A stretch of 64,000 nucleotides of DNA from Klebsormidium nitens (Eukaryota; Plantae; Klebsormidiophyceae). Shown in pieces: positions 25,586-37,500 of the stretch. Location: NCBI GenBank assembly GCA_000708835.1, contig DF237349.1, forward strand, positions 21,216 to 85,215. The letters are read 5' to 3'. The stretch's first letter is position 1, and the number at the start of each line of letters is the position of its first letter. The notes beneath the pieces are model-generated. The model saw nothing but the letters and a program-made list of their open reading frames with translations, did not search any database and had not been told where the DNA came from. The translations under genes were made by a program, and so were the position numbers.

Positions 25586-28500
25586 CTAGACGTAGTATTG
25601 CGGCTTCATGAAAGCCGGACGGTCCAGCTCCGCATCCTCCTCGTCCGTGCCCCATTCGTACACGGGCTCCTCGACGTCCGCGCGCGAGCGCGAGCGCGAA
25701 AACGTCCGCCCTTCCGCCGCCTTCTTCTTCAAGCTCTGGAGGCTCGCTTTCACGACCGGAGCGACGCGGATTCCGCCGGCCCTCCGCCCATCGCCGTCGA
25801 AAAACTCGCCGGACTCCGTGTTCAGCCGCGATCCGCTGACCGCCATTCGGCGCGCGTGTGGCCGTTCCGGCGGATCCGCCCGGCCGAACGCCCCCGGGGA
25901 TGACATGTTGCTGACGTTGCTTATGGTCCGCTCGCGGCGCGGGGGTCTGTGTGCACTAAGGTCGGCCGACTGTGTGCTAAGCTTCCGCGTCCGCCTTTGA
26001 CCCTCTCGGGGGGATCCCCCGGCCAACGGGCTCCCCCGGGGGGATCCCTCGAGAAGCGACACCAACCGGGGCGCTTTTTCTCTTGTACTGCCCGGAGATC
26101 CTTTCGAAGGACGTACCCCCGCACGGCCCTCAAAGTTGGACTGGTACCGTCTCGGGCTGCCCCTGTGACTTCCGCCGGGCTCACTCCTCTCCGGAATCCG
26201 CTCATGATGTTGGAGGGATCCCTCGACAAGCGACACCATCCGGGGTGCTCCTACTCTATGACTGCCCCGCGAGGATGAATCGCTCTCTTCGTAGGTCGTC
26301 TGGTACCGTCTTGGGCTGCCTCGGTGAGCTATCCGTTCGTGATCTTCCCGGGGGGATCCCCCAACCAACGGGCTTCCCCGGGGGGACCCCTCGACCAGCG
26401 AGACCAAATGGGGGGCTTTCTCTATTAAAGACGGAGCTCCGTTCGACGGGCTGCGAGAGTGCATCCCCGCACGGCCTTCGTAGCTGGTCTGGTACCGTCT
26501 TGCGTTGCCGCGGTGCAATGCTCCAGGATCGCTCCTTGTTAAAGATGCTTGGTTTGAAAGCTTTGAGCCCCGGAGTGATTCCGGCGACCTGTCATACCTC
26601 TGGTCCGACTTCGAGTGCGCCTCCCGATTCTGGATGATCATCTGTTCCTCTTCATAGCTCCTTTCATCACCTTCGAAGTCCCTTTCCGGCGGAGCTCCAC
26701 CGGAATACCCCTGTTGTTCTCCGAGCGACGACACGCGCGTCTTGCGCCGCGGCGCGCCCGCGGCGCGCGCACGCGCATCCGTCCAGCTCACCGACCGCCC
26801 GGCCGGCCGCAGCCCTTCCGTTTCCGCGTCGTAGGTTCCGCTGCTCCGGCGTCGAAGCGCCGGAGCCTGCCGCGCCGACCTGTGCGATTCGACGCTGTTC
26901 CTCGCTTGCGGCAGCTCACTTTCGCCGTATTCCCCTCCGTCCATTTCGGCCTCCGGCAGCAGGTCTCTTCCGGCGGAATCCTCCGCTTCAGTGTCGGACG
27001 GAGTCCGCTCCTCTAGCTCGTCCGAAACCTCTTCCGCGCGCGTGCTCCCCTTCCGACTTCCGCTCTTCCGGCTCCCTTTCCGGTGGAGGCTCCTCGATGT
27101 CCGCCGCTCCTCCGAGTCTGCGGCGTCCGCCTTTCTTCCAAACAGTCCGCGCAATTTCTTCATCAAGATCGCACGCTGTGTGTAGATCGCTTTTGCGATA
27201 CTGCATAGGAAAGAGCATAGAAGGTCATTCATAGGCTTTTGAGCTTTGATGCGTTGACAGGTTTCCGAACGTTCATTCACAGAAATCTCATACCCAAATC
27301 GTCCGGCCCAAACTTCGGCGTGGCTTGCTAATGCAATGAAGTGGGAAGAGGTAGTGACACCTTTGCTAAGATGAGAGAGAGAAAAAGAAAGAGATCCCGA
27401 CGGGAGGGTCGTCATTACAAGCCCACAAGTCCACCAAAATCCACACAGCGAGGATTGGTATCGATAGAGAGCAGCTCTGAGAATTGTAGCGCATCGATTT
27501 TAGCCACGATCAGTCGCTTCTAACAATGAAACTCTGTCCTTCATTCCGCTCCGGTCGATTGTACCGCTGGTGCAAAAGCGGAACCGGAACACAGAGCAAC
27601 TCGCAGGGGTCGTGAAGCTCGAAATGAACAAGCAAGAACCATTGAATCCCTCTATACTTCGTTCCGTTCCGCTCGGTTGCACCGGTGGTGCACGAGCAGC
27701 ATTTAAATGGTCAGCAGCTGCGCAAAGAGGAGCAGCAAACAACAGGAGAAGACCCTTTAGACAGGATTCTGTTGGAGCTCCGTTCCGTCCGTTCCATTTT
27801 GTTCTGCTCATATGCGCACGAGCTGCACCATAACGGACAGTAGCGGCGCGGAAAGGAGCAGCAGAGAGTTCTAAAACAACAAGGTACCAAAGCTTCATTC
27901 CGTTCCGTTCCGCTCGATTTGAACATGTTGCACGAGCTGCGCCGGAACGGGCAGCAGCTACGTGGAGCCGAACATCACATGTCATGAGAAACAAGACAAC
28001 AAGAGCGTATAGAACAAGAAAGTGCCAAACGCCTCGTCCGTTCCGGTCGTTCCGTTCCGCTCACTTGTACCACTGGTGCACGAGCTGCACCAGAACGGAC
28101 AGCAGCTGCGCGCGAGAGCAGGACTACAAACGACGAAGTAAAACCTCAGAACAACAAACGCAGAATCTGCGTTCCGTTCCCTTTTTCAAAGTTCCGTTCC
28201 GCTCACTTGTACCACTGGTGCACGAGCTGCACCAGAACGGACAGCAGCTGCGCGGAGAGGAGCAGCGACTGGATGGCGCTGTCGCTGAGGCGCGCCTGCG
28301 CCCAGCCGCTCGCGGTGCGCCAGAGAACTAGGATGGCGAGCAAAAAGCTGACGGTCTCGCAGATGAGCACGATCTCCTCAATGGCCTGGATGCTCCGGTC
28401 GAGGTACGGCTTGAAGAACATGAGGTATGAGAGCTGGAAGAGAGAATAAACGAACAGGATAACCACCTGCGAGAAAAGGATTTAGCTTTTTATGTTCTGA

Positions 28501-31500
28501 TCCCTTGTTTCAAATTACGTTGTGAAGCCTTTGTTGAATACTCAAACGTGGCGGACGAACATGATGCAGGAGAGCTGGAAAGAGAATAAACGAACAGGAT
28601 AACCACCTGCGAGAGAAGAGTTTGCGGTCTTAGCATGTTGGTCTTGAGGGCATTTTTGCTTTTATTTTGGACCATATCTTGAATGCTTCATTTCTTGGTT
28701 GGAAGATTTAATAAAGGTTTCGTTCCAATCAGGTACGAATGATCGAAGGAGGAAGGAAGGAGGAGCAAAGAAGAACCGCCTGAGAAAGAGGGCTTGGCAG
28801 ATAAGCTTTGGCCCGATTGATCTTGTGTGGGTATTGGGTGATGAATGATCTGGGTAATAGATAAAAACAGAACGTTTGCAGGAACATGAGGTAGGAGAGC
28901 TGAAAGAAGGAGTAAACGAACAAGATGACCACCTGCGAAAAAAAGAATGGACAATATGAGGTTTGGCCTCGAAGGGATTCAGGTCAAATTGGAATCGAGG
29001 AGACTCTAGTCCTGATAAAGGTTTTAACCGGTCTTGAAAAACCATGAATAAGGTTTGCGTTTTCCGGTCTTGGGGTTTGATTCCGAGATCTTGCGTGCAC
29101 CAGGGCTCGCGTCTAGGATGGGTTAAAGATCACCAAACCACTACGTAAAGTAAATGAAAGGAGGAGCGAGAAAATAGCGGGCATCGTTTCGAAAAGAGGG
29201 TTTAGGGTTTCGAATGAAATCAGAGGTCAATGGCCTGTCAACACGAGTACCAACGCCTAGTCTGCCGGATGGGAAACGTCATGTCTTCCGCCGGGGACGA
29301 AGGGTGATGAAAGAAGGTTGTGCAGTAAGTTGAGTCTCCCCACCGAAGTCCAGCTCTTTGTCACCTCGTTACACCTCCAAAGAGGGTCTTGACCAGCAGC
29401 CGTTTGACCAATAAAGAGAGATGTCGCACAGTCTTCTTTTACTTTTAAAGGAGTAGTACAATCTTCTTTGAATTTTAAAGGAGTAGCTCGAGAGAACAGA
29501 CAAGCTGAAACTGAGCAGCAAGTTTTCGGTTCGAAAGTTCATTTCCTACCTGAGTCCAGCTTTCCTTCCCTCCGTACGGTCCAAAAAGTAGCCCTTACAA
29601 CATCTTTTTAACGAGGTACACCGAAGGTAGCACATTTTCATTGAGAAGGAAAGCAGTATCTCGAACGGGATCGAAGTTGAAAGCTCAGAAAATACTTCAA
29701 CCTGGGCGCAAACTCACCTGCGATCCCGCTTTCCTTTCCTCCGTACAATCCAAACAGTAGCCCTTACAACATCTCCTTGACGAGATACACCGAAGGTAGC
29801 ACATTTTCATTAAGAAGGAAAGAAGTATCTCGAATTCGGATCGAAGTTGAAGGCTCAGAAAATACTTCAACCTGGGCGCAAATTTACCCGTGTCCAGCTT
29901 TCCTTTCCTCCGTACAACCCGAACAGTAGGTCATACAACATCTTCTTGACGAGATAAACCGAGAAGTGTATTAATTGAGACAAGAAGAAGCATCTGAACT
30001 TGAGACCGAATTTGACAGCTTAGAAAAACAATGCGTGTTGAATGTGAGCAGGTTGGGAAAACAGGTTGCGCCCACAAAACCCTACCTGGGTCCAGCTTTC
30101 TTTTCCTCCGTACAATCCGAACAGTAGTCCGTACAACATCTTCTTGACGAGGTACACGGAAAAGTAGCACGACCGGAACTTGTCCGCTCCCAAGCCGTGG
30201 AGAAAGAAGTACTCGCCCCACGTGCGCGCGCGCTTCTTCGCGTGCTTGCCGCGCCCGTTGTGGGGCTTCTTTTCGTCCGCCTCTGCGCGTGTAGAGAAAA
30301 TCGTGCCGTCTGAGAAAAAGATCAGCCGGAAGGAATTATGCTGGGCTGTGTGCAGTTTTCAGCGGTTCGTCACGCCTTTTCGCGTGCTTTCCGCGCGTGT
30401 TGTAGGACTTCTTTTCGTCCGGTACTGCACGTGTGAAAGAAAAGTTGTGCGCTTTGAGGAAAAGATCAGCCGGAAGGAATTATGCTGGGTTGTGTGCACT
30501 TTTCAGCGGTTCGTCACGCTTCTTCGCGTGCTTTTCCGCGCGCGTTGTAGGGCTTCTTTTCGTCCGTTACTGCACGTGTGAAGAAAAGTTGTGCGCTTTG
30601 AGGATATAATTTGCCGGATGGGGTTATGCTTGGCTATGTGCACTTTTTTGCGGGTTTCGAATCGGAAGGTGACAAGAACTCAACAGGTTGAGATACTTGT
30701 GACATTTATTTTTCTCGTGTAGGTCTGTTAGTTCTCGTGGGGTTTGAGGCAGCTATGCTAGCAAAACGACAGGGGCAGAAAAACCTCCCTTGACATGAGG
30801 AAAAGCAGAACCCACTCCTGTGAACCAGCTTTCAAGCCGCCCCCGCGTCAAAAGAGTATGTGAGCTTAATTCTTGCATCTACAGATCATTGGAAGAGCTC
30901 TCTGACGTCATCACTATCATTGTGAACGCTTCCAGGTACGTTTCACCAAAGAAGATTTCATCTACGTGTATTCGGCCAGACAATGGATGCTGTAAAACCC
31001 AAGGTCTTTCAGTTTTTAACACACGAAACGGTGAGAGTTCTTCGCCTCTCCCGCACCGGGCGGCAGGTTTTGGCCAAGACAAAATATTGCTGTGTTACTC
31101 TAGTGCGCACCTGGCGGCGGGTTAAACCCGCCCACCCGTGTACGATCAATGGACTAGTGCGCACCTGGCGAGCGGGTAATTCGTCAAACCGTAAACGTTA
31201 TGGGTTAATGCGCACCTGGCGGCGGGTTAAACCCCCGAAAGTTTTGGAAGAACACCCCGTATCGCGCCACGAAATGCTTGTCCTTGCTGTCCTCCCACTT
31301 TCCCTCCACGGGTTTTGCGGCGTTTCCAAAAGGCGTCGCGGCCGCGACGCGGCCCAGGAGCGCGCCGCGCTTCGCGGCCGCGGGCCCCATGCCCGCGACC
31401 GCGCTCGCGCTCAAGCGCCGCGCGCCCTTCTTGCCCGCGAGGGTTTGGGGGTTCGGCTCGGCGGCGGGGTCGGAAACGGCGACGAAGGTAGCGGCTTGTG

Positions 31501-34500
31501 ACTGCGACGAGTTAGTGACAAGACGGTCAACACTGGATAGGTTATGTCAAACCAAGTCACTATCGGCCGCTAAGCTAAGCCTATTCAGATCCCGGGCAGA
31601 GCCCCTATGAACGGCAAAGGATTCGAGACTATTTTCTCGAAGGATCTTAAGCAACGCAAGCATTTAAATGTTCGCTTGTGAGTTCGAATTCCAGCTCCAA
31701 ATGGCTACCTTCCGCGATTGTTGGGAGTATTGTAAAGCTTAAACATCCTAGGTTTGACTCATCGCTGCCCACGATCTTGTTTCAATCTTACTACGCCCCA
31801 GGCGTGCCATTCCATGCGGTAAGCGAAGACCAAACTCACCTCCAATGCGTTGTCAACTTTTGAAAATGTCAGGAGGAAAGCTTGCGCAGATTGGCAGCGC
31901 TTGGAGTTCAAGGGCGAGCAGGCAAAGCCTCCAAAATATCTTTAGTGTTCGTCAAGGATCCTCAATCCAAAAACGCTAAAACGTTTGGCCGCGAGCGCCT
32001 TCACCTTATGAACTCTCTTACTTAAAAGAAGGCGAGGATGGACCCATGATGTGCCTTGTTCCGCTCGTTATAAAACCCTAACAGTTCAAAACCGTGAAAC
32101 CGTGAAGACTCCACGCCCCGCGGCCTCCCTCACCTTGTACATCTTTTAAACCACTATATACAAGAAGATTGATGGAGCTAAGGGTCTCCATTCCTCTACT
32201 GATTCTAACCCCGAATAACATATAAGGCAAACCCCACGCCGTCGCGCAGCGGCCGCGGCCGCGGCCGCGCTCACCTTGTAGATCTTGTAGACGACGATGT
32301 AGAAGAAGAAGGCGATGATGGATCCCGGTACGCAGATGAATATGATGGTGCCCACCAGGCGCCCCCGCGCAGTACCTCCTGTAACCACAGGGGATCGTTA
32401 AGTCGTTAAACGGTAATTAGGTAAGTCTGGTCTCTTGCGGAATCTCCAGCCGGAGATAAGCAGGGCGACTTCAGCGGCAAAGTCGCGATTCAACCGAGCC
32501 CGAATCTTCCGCTGCAAACAATCTTTGACAATGAGAAGGTCTCGACCGGTGTTGAAATCTCTGTCCTCGTCGGATTTTTCCTTTCATCCCCCTGAGTCTT
32601 CGACTCCATTCTCAATGTTTTCTCAGACATGTCCACTCATGATCTATTCCAGTTTCGGAAGGCGCAGTTAAGACGGCCCCTCATGATCGCCATGATTTCG
32701 CACCACTCTAACAAGCGAATCCACTCCATCGCTCACGAAAGACGTCATCTTGACGTCACTCACCCGCAATGATAAGCCCGCACGCTTGCGCGAGCCCTTC
32801 GACCGTCAGCATGATGACCATGATTTCACAGCGCGGGAACATGAGAATGTCCGGAATGGTCTGCTCCGTCCACATGCGCCAGAGCCGGACGACGATCATG
32901 TGCAGCGCCGTCGAGCCGAAGACTAAGAGGAGGGACCAGCCGATAACGCGGTCGAAAGTTGACCACCTGCGGAGATAAGGAGTAAGAAAGTTAGGTTTCA
33001 GAATTGTAAAGAATTTAATGCAGGGGTGTAGCCCCTTACGATGCTTTGTTCGCATTCATTAGACACGGAAGGCGATCATGTGCAGCGCCGTCGAGCCGAA
33101 AAAGGGGAGGAGAGACCAGCCGATAACGCGGTCGAAAGTAGACCAGCTGCGGGTTAAAGTTTGCTTGCTGGAGTTTGAGGAATTTGAACGGAAGCTTTAG
33201 ATCTTGAGATCCATTTAATAGAGCTGGAAGACTATTCTTGTACGCGCCGTCGAGCCGAAGACGGGGAGAGGCGACCAGCCAATAACCTGGTCGAAAGTGG
33301 ACCACTTGCGGTGTTTAAACTTTAGCGTTCAGGGTCTGAACGGCTTTATGAGGTTGATGCAAAGGATTAAAATTCTTTAGATGCTCCTTCCACATGCGCT
33401 AGAGTCGGACGAGAATCATTTGCAGCGCCGTCGAGTCGAAGAGTAAGAGGAGGGACCAGCCGATAACGCGGTCGAACGTGGACCACCGGCGGGTTAGGGT
33501 TTCAAGGATGATTGGATTTGGCGCTCCCAGGTCCGACGGGTTTATTTACATCAAACTCAGGAAAAATAGTAGTAAGCCGAGATAATAATAAGGTAACCGT
33601 ACTGGGACGGGTAGGGCTAGTTTGGTGGTTAATTAGGGTGGGTAGGGGTGCGGAGCGGGTGTCTTTTTGGGTTAGGGTTTTCAGTGTTAGTCGGAGCTTA
33701 CTATCATCTTGGTTTACTATTGTCTTTCTTGAGTTTTAGGTGATTTATATTCATTAGAGACAGCGGCGATAAAGTGTAGCGCGGTCGAGAAGATAAATAT
33801 GAGGAGCGACCAATGACACGGTCAAACGTAGATCACCTACGGGTTAGGGGCTTAACATAAGAGGGTTCCGGGTTGATTGAGTTTGCCAGAGGCAGACGAA
33901 AATCATGTGTAGAGCCTTTGAGAACGTAACCTAGGGCTGAGAGGCGCGACTGCATGGTTGGAAAAAACATCCACACCCATGTGAGAACTGAAGGATAAAA
34001 GTACACTGCTTGAGAGAGCACAAGGAATGCGAATGACCCTCGAGGGGCGTATTCTCACCCTTGATCCACCTTTCCAATGACAGAGCTGACGAGCTGCTGC
34101 GCCGCCGACTGCCGGGTTGCCTGGAGCGGAACGCCAACGGAAAGAGAGTCAGCATGCGTTTTGGAGAAACAGATTCCTCAAGTGCCTTGCCCTGCATTGA
34201 TTTTTGAAAATGCGCGCAGATGGGCGACTTTAAATCGTAGATGATTTCGGAATCACTGGAATCCACAAAACGATACGGGTAGCGTCCGTTCCGATTGTTG
34301 CGGCGCTACTCTAGCAGCAATTGGCTCGTTTAATTTTAAAAATGGTGCCCCTACGCGGTCTCCCGGCGCCCTCGAAGAACGCCTCATGGTCGCCGCATGG
34401 TAGAGTACGTTCATCACATGCGGAGCGACCAAGCAGGTGCGTTGCTGTTTGCAAATTCGTCGAATTTTAGAGTCCAGTACACGGTCAAGTGCCGAGTCTT

Positions 34501-37500
34501 GGCAGTGAGGAAGTGAAACTTCGTAGTGCGCGAAGGTCCAAAAACGAGAACGACAAACGTATGTCGAAGCTCCGTTATTCTCGTGGTAAGCACACGAATC
34601 CACCAGTCAATGCTTGCCACGTACGTCTTCCAGCTGGACTGCATTTGCCACGTCAGTATTGTTCGCGGGCGCTGACGCGAGCAGACGCCTTCGGGCCGGA
34701 GCCTCGGTCGCGGACTCAGACGCGGCCGCGGGAGCTGTCGCGTTCGGGGTTTGGAAGCTTGGCGGAGCGATCCCCAGGCCGAACGGCAGTGTTGCGTCCA
34801 TGTTCTGACACGTGTCACAGCGAGAGTGGATGAGCAAGTGACATTGCAGGCGGCAACAAAACGAGCAAGAAGGAAGCGGTAAGATGACGGACTAATTTAC
34901 GTGTAATAAGAGCCACGTATAATAAGCTCCAACTAACACTTAAAAACCTAACCCAGTAATCTACCTGCTCCGCACCCGTACTCACCCTAACCCCCAAAGT
35001 AACCCCACCCGTCCCAGGCTGCCAAGCTTATTATACCTGTCGCTTGTTATTCCTAAATTAGTCCGAGTAAGCGGTATAAGGATCAACGAGACTTGGGGGT
35101 TGGCACTCGCTCCACATCCGTCTGAAAAAGAAGTCTCGTTGAAGTACAATGACCATTTTATTCGTTGTCTTGCGATCGCGTAATTGAAAGCTGGCTTCCG
35201 TTCGTCGAATCCGGGAGGCAAATCGGGATTCCTCGACGGAAGAGGACATCCGATGCAAGAATCCAAAGCGAAGCGCCGAGCGTCAGGAGCTTATCATATC
35301 AGCCGCGTGCCGGGGGCTCGGCCAGCATTATGTTAGACCCTAAGATTCGTTCTGCTACCAGGGCGGGGTCAAGGAGAGTCAGTAATTTGGCGACCGGGGC
35401 CGGGGGTGCTGTCGGAAGGATTGACGTGGCGAGGTTTAGGGTTTTGACCCGGGGCTTCACGATCAATGATTGGTCGAAAGCAGCCTAGCCCAGGGTTTCG
35501 CCCTTAGATCCCGCTACGTCAGCCCTTCCAACAGCGTCCCCGGCCCCGGTCCCAAAATTACTGATTCTACCTGACCCCGCTCTACCAGTAGAAGCTCAGC
35601 CGGGGACAAGCTCCGGGAATGGTGCAAGTGGGACCCATCAAACCTCTTGATCCCTTCCGGGCTCTGATTTCCACAACAGCGCCAGCCGAGACTTGTTTCG
35701 CCCACTTAAGTTTTTGATAAGAGCCCGGGGAAAACGGTACGTACCGCCCACTGGAATCTGCCGGTCATCTCCGTGAGCGTGACGCTCTGCTTGATCGCCA
35801 GGTGATTCACCATCGCGAAGCGCTGGATCACTGTGAATAGGCCCTGCAAAAGAAGCAGTGCATAAGTGTGAATAGGCCCTGAAGACAGAGCAGTGAGCAA
35901 GCTTGAAGAGGCAAAGGAGAAGAGCAGTGTGTTACGTAAAGTGGGCGTAGGGGTTTGACGGACGGCATCACCGGCGTCAACCTCTTGACGAATCAAAACC
36001 GAGGGCGGCACTGGCTGTCTTGTATCGCGGCGATCTGAGCCGTCCGATCACCATTGCAAGCGCGCTTGCTACGCCCACTTTAAAAAGGTGGAAAAAGATC
36101 TCTCTATCTCTGGTAACGGATAAAGAGTGCCGACAGCTTGTTCAAGGATCCCTCAAAAACACAGCGCTTAGTAGCTTCCATTGGGTGCTGGAAAGCGACA
36201 TTATTCTCGAGATTGACAAGAAACGAAAATCGACCAGCAAAAGCTATGTTTCAAGCTGCACACATCACTGCTGTAAACGATTTCGAAGCAGATTGAAAGA
36301 GACTTTTCTATAATCCACTTGTTGATAGACTCCTCCTAGCCTGCCTCGGCTTCAGCCAGACAACTCATCCATCCTCCTCTTTCTCCACTCGTAGTTAAGG
36401 GCACTATTACTGTGCAAAAGCACATCCTTTCTCCACAGCTTAACTCAAGAGCGAATCATTGCCCAGGCAGTAGAAATTCGAGCAAACAAAGAAAAGTAAC
36501 ATTCCGACCGCTCACCAGGAGGTTTCCGCTCACTGCGAGTCCGGCGGTACCCATGCCTCCGGCGACGGAAGCCCCGGTCGAAATGGCGCTGGTGCCGACG
36601 ACAGCGGTGGCCGCCGTGGTAGCAGCGGCAGTTACTGCCGCCGGAACCACGTCTGAACGGAACGGAACGGATCGGACGTTCGGTCAGAGATTGAAAAGAA
36701 GCGGCTACGGAGACGAAAGGGAAAGGAATGACGAGAGGCTAAGGAAAGGGGAGCTGCAAATGTCGGCGCGGGCGACCCTGTTGGAAACCGGAACGGAAAG
36801 AACGCAGGAAAAACGACAGGAGGTGGTTAGAAACGACCTTTGCGGTTAGATGAGCTGAATGGAACAAAATGGATCCACTCGTTTAATAACTCGTTTAACA
36901 GCAAGGTAGGTTAGTGTCGGGTTCAAATCCTGCAAGCCCATGCACAGTAGGCTTTTGGATACCTAAAATTCTCAACCAAAGGTTACCAGCATTGCAAACT
37001 TGCCCACCCTAACCCTTCTCTAACCCCACCCGTCCCAGTTACCATCCACTGGCCTTGGATCGATTTTAGAGTTGGGCCAGATGGTTTTGAAAGCTTGAAC
37101 AGACGCATCATATCGCATTTGATATGGACATCCCGGAGGCAGTACCCAAGCAAATGGTTGAAGGGTCGAAGCATCAAAGGTTTGAAGGGTAAACGGGTCT
37201 GACGATCACTTACAGTGCTGCACGGTTAGCAGGGTGGAACCGAGGTTAAGGTTTCCCGCCCGGTCCCTAACCACCCCGGGGGGCACATTCACACCAACCG
37301 ATTGCTCAGGAAAAGCCTCCACCCGCAGCCCGTACGTTCCGCCGTCCCCGGCAAATGACGTCACGTTGGCGTTGCTGACGTTCAGATGCTTAACCAGGAC
37401 GGGATCGTCCAAGACTTCGCTAAGCGTAATGAGGATCCCGATCAAAGAATCTTTGGTTTTGTAGCCGGAGAGTGACGTCAGCGTGAACTCAGGGGGCTGC

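Noticed and set aside
25608-27185. Several + strand ORFs over the giant gene's last exon
   Set aside because: Shadow ORFs caused by high GC content; no independent coding evidence.
33075-33500. Regularly spaced ~65-bp repeats with variable spacers resembling CRISPR
   Set aside because: The repeats are degenerate copies of the adjacent exon start; their length and divergence are not CRISPR-like.
36860-36945. GGTTCAAATCC (T-loop/B-box) at 36920-36930 as a tRNA or SINE
   Set aside because: No convincing A-box, D-arm, anticodon arm or acceptor stem could be folded by eye.
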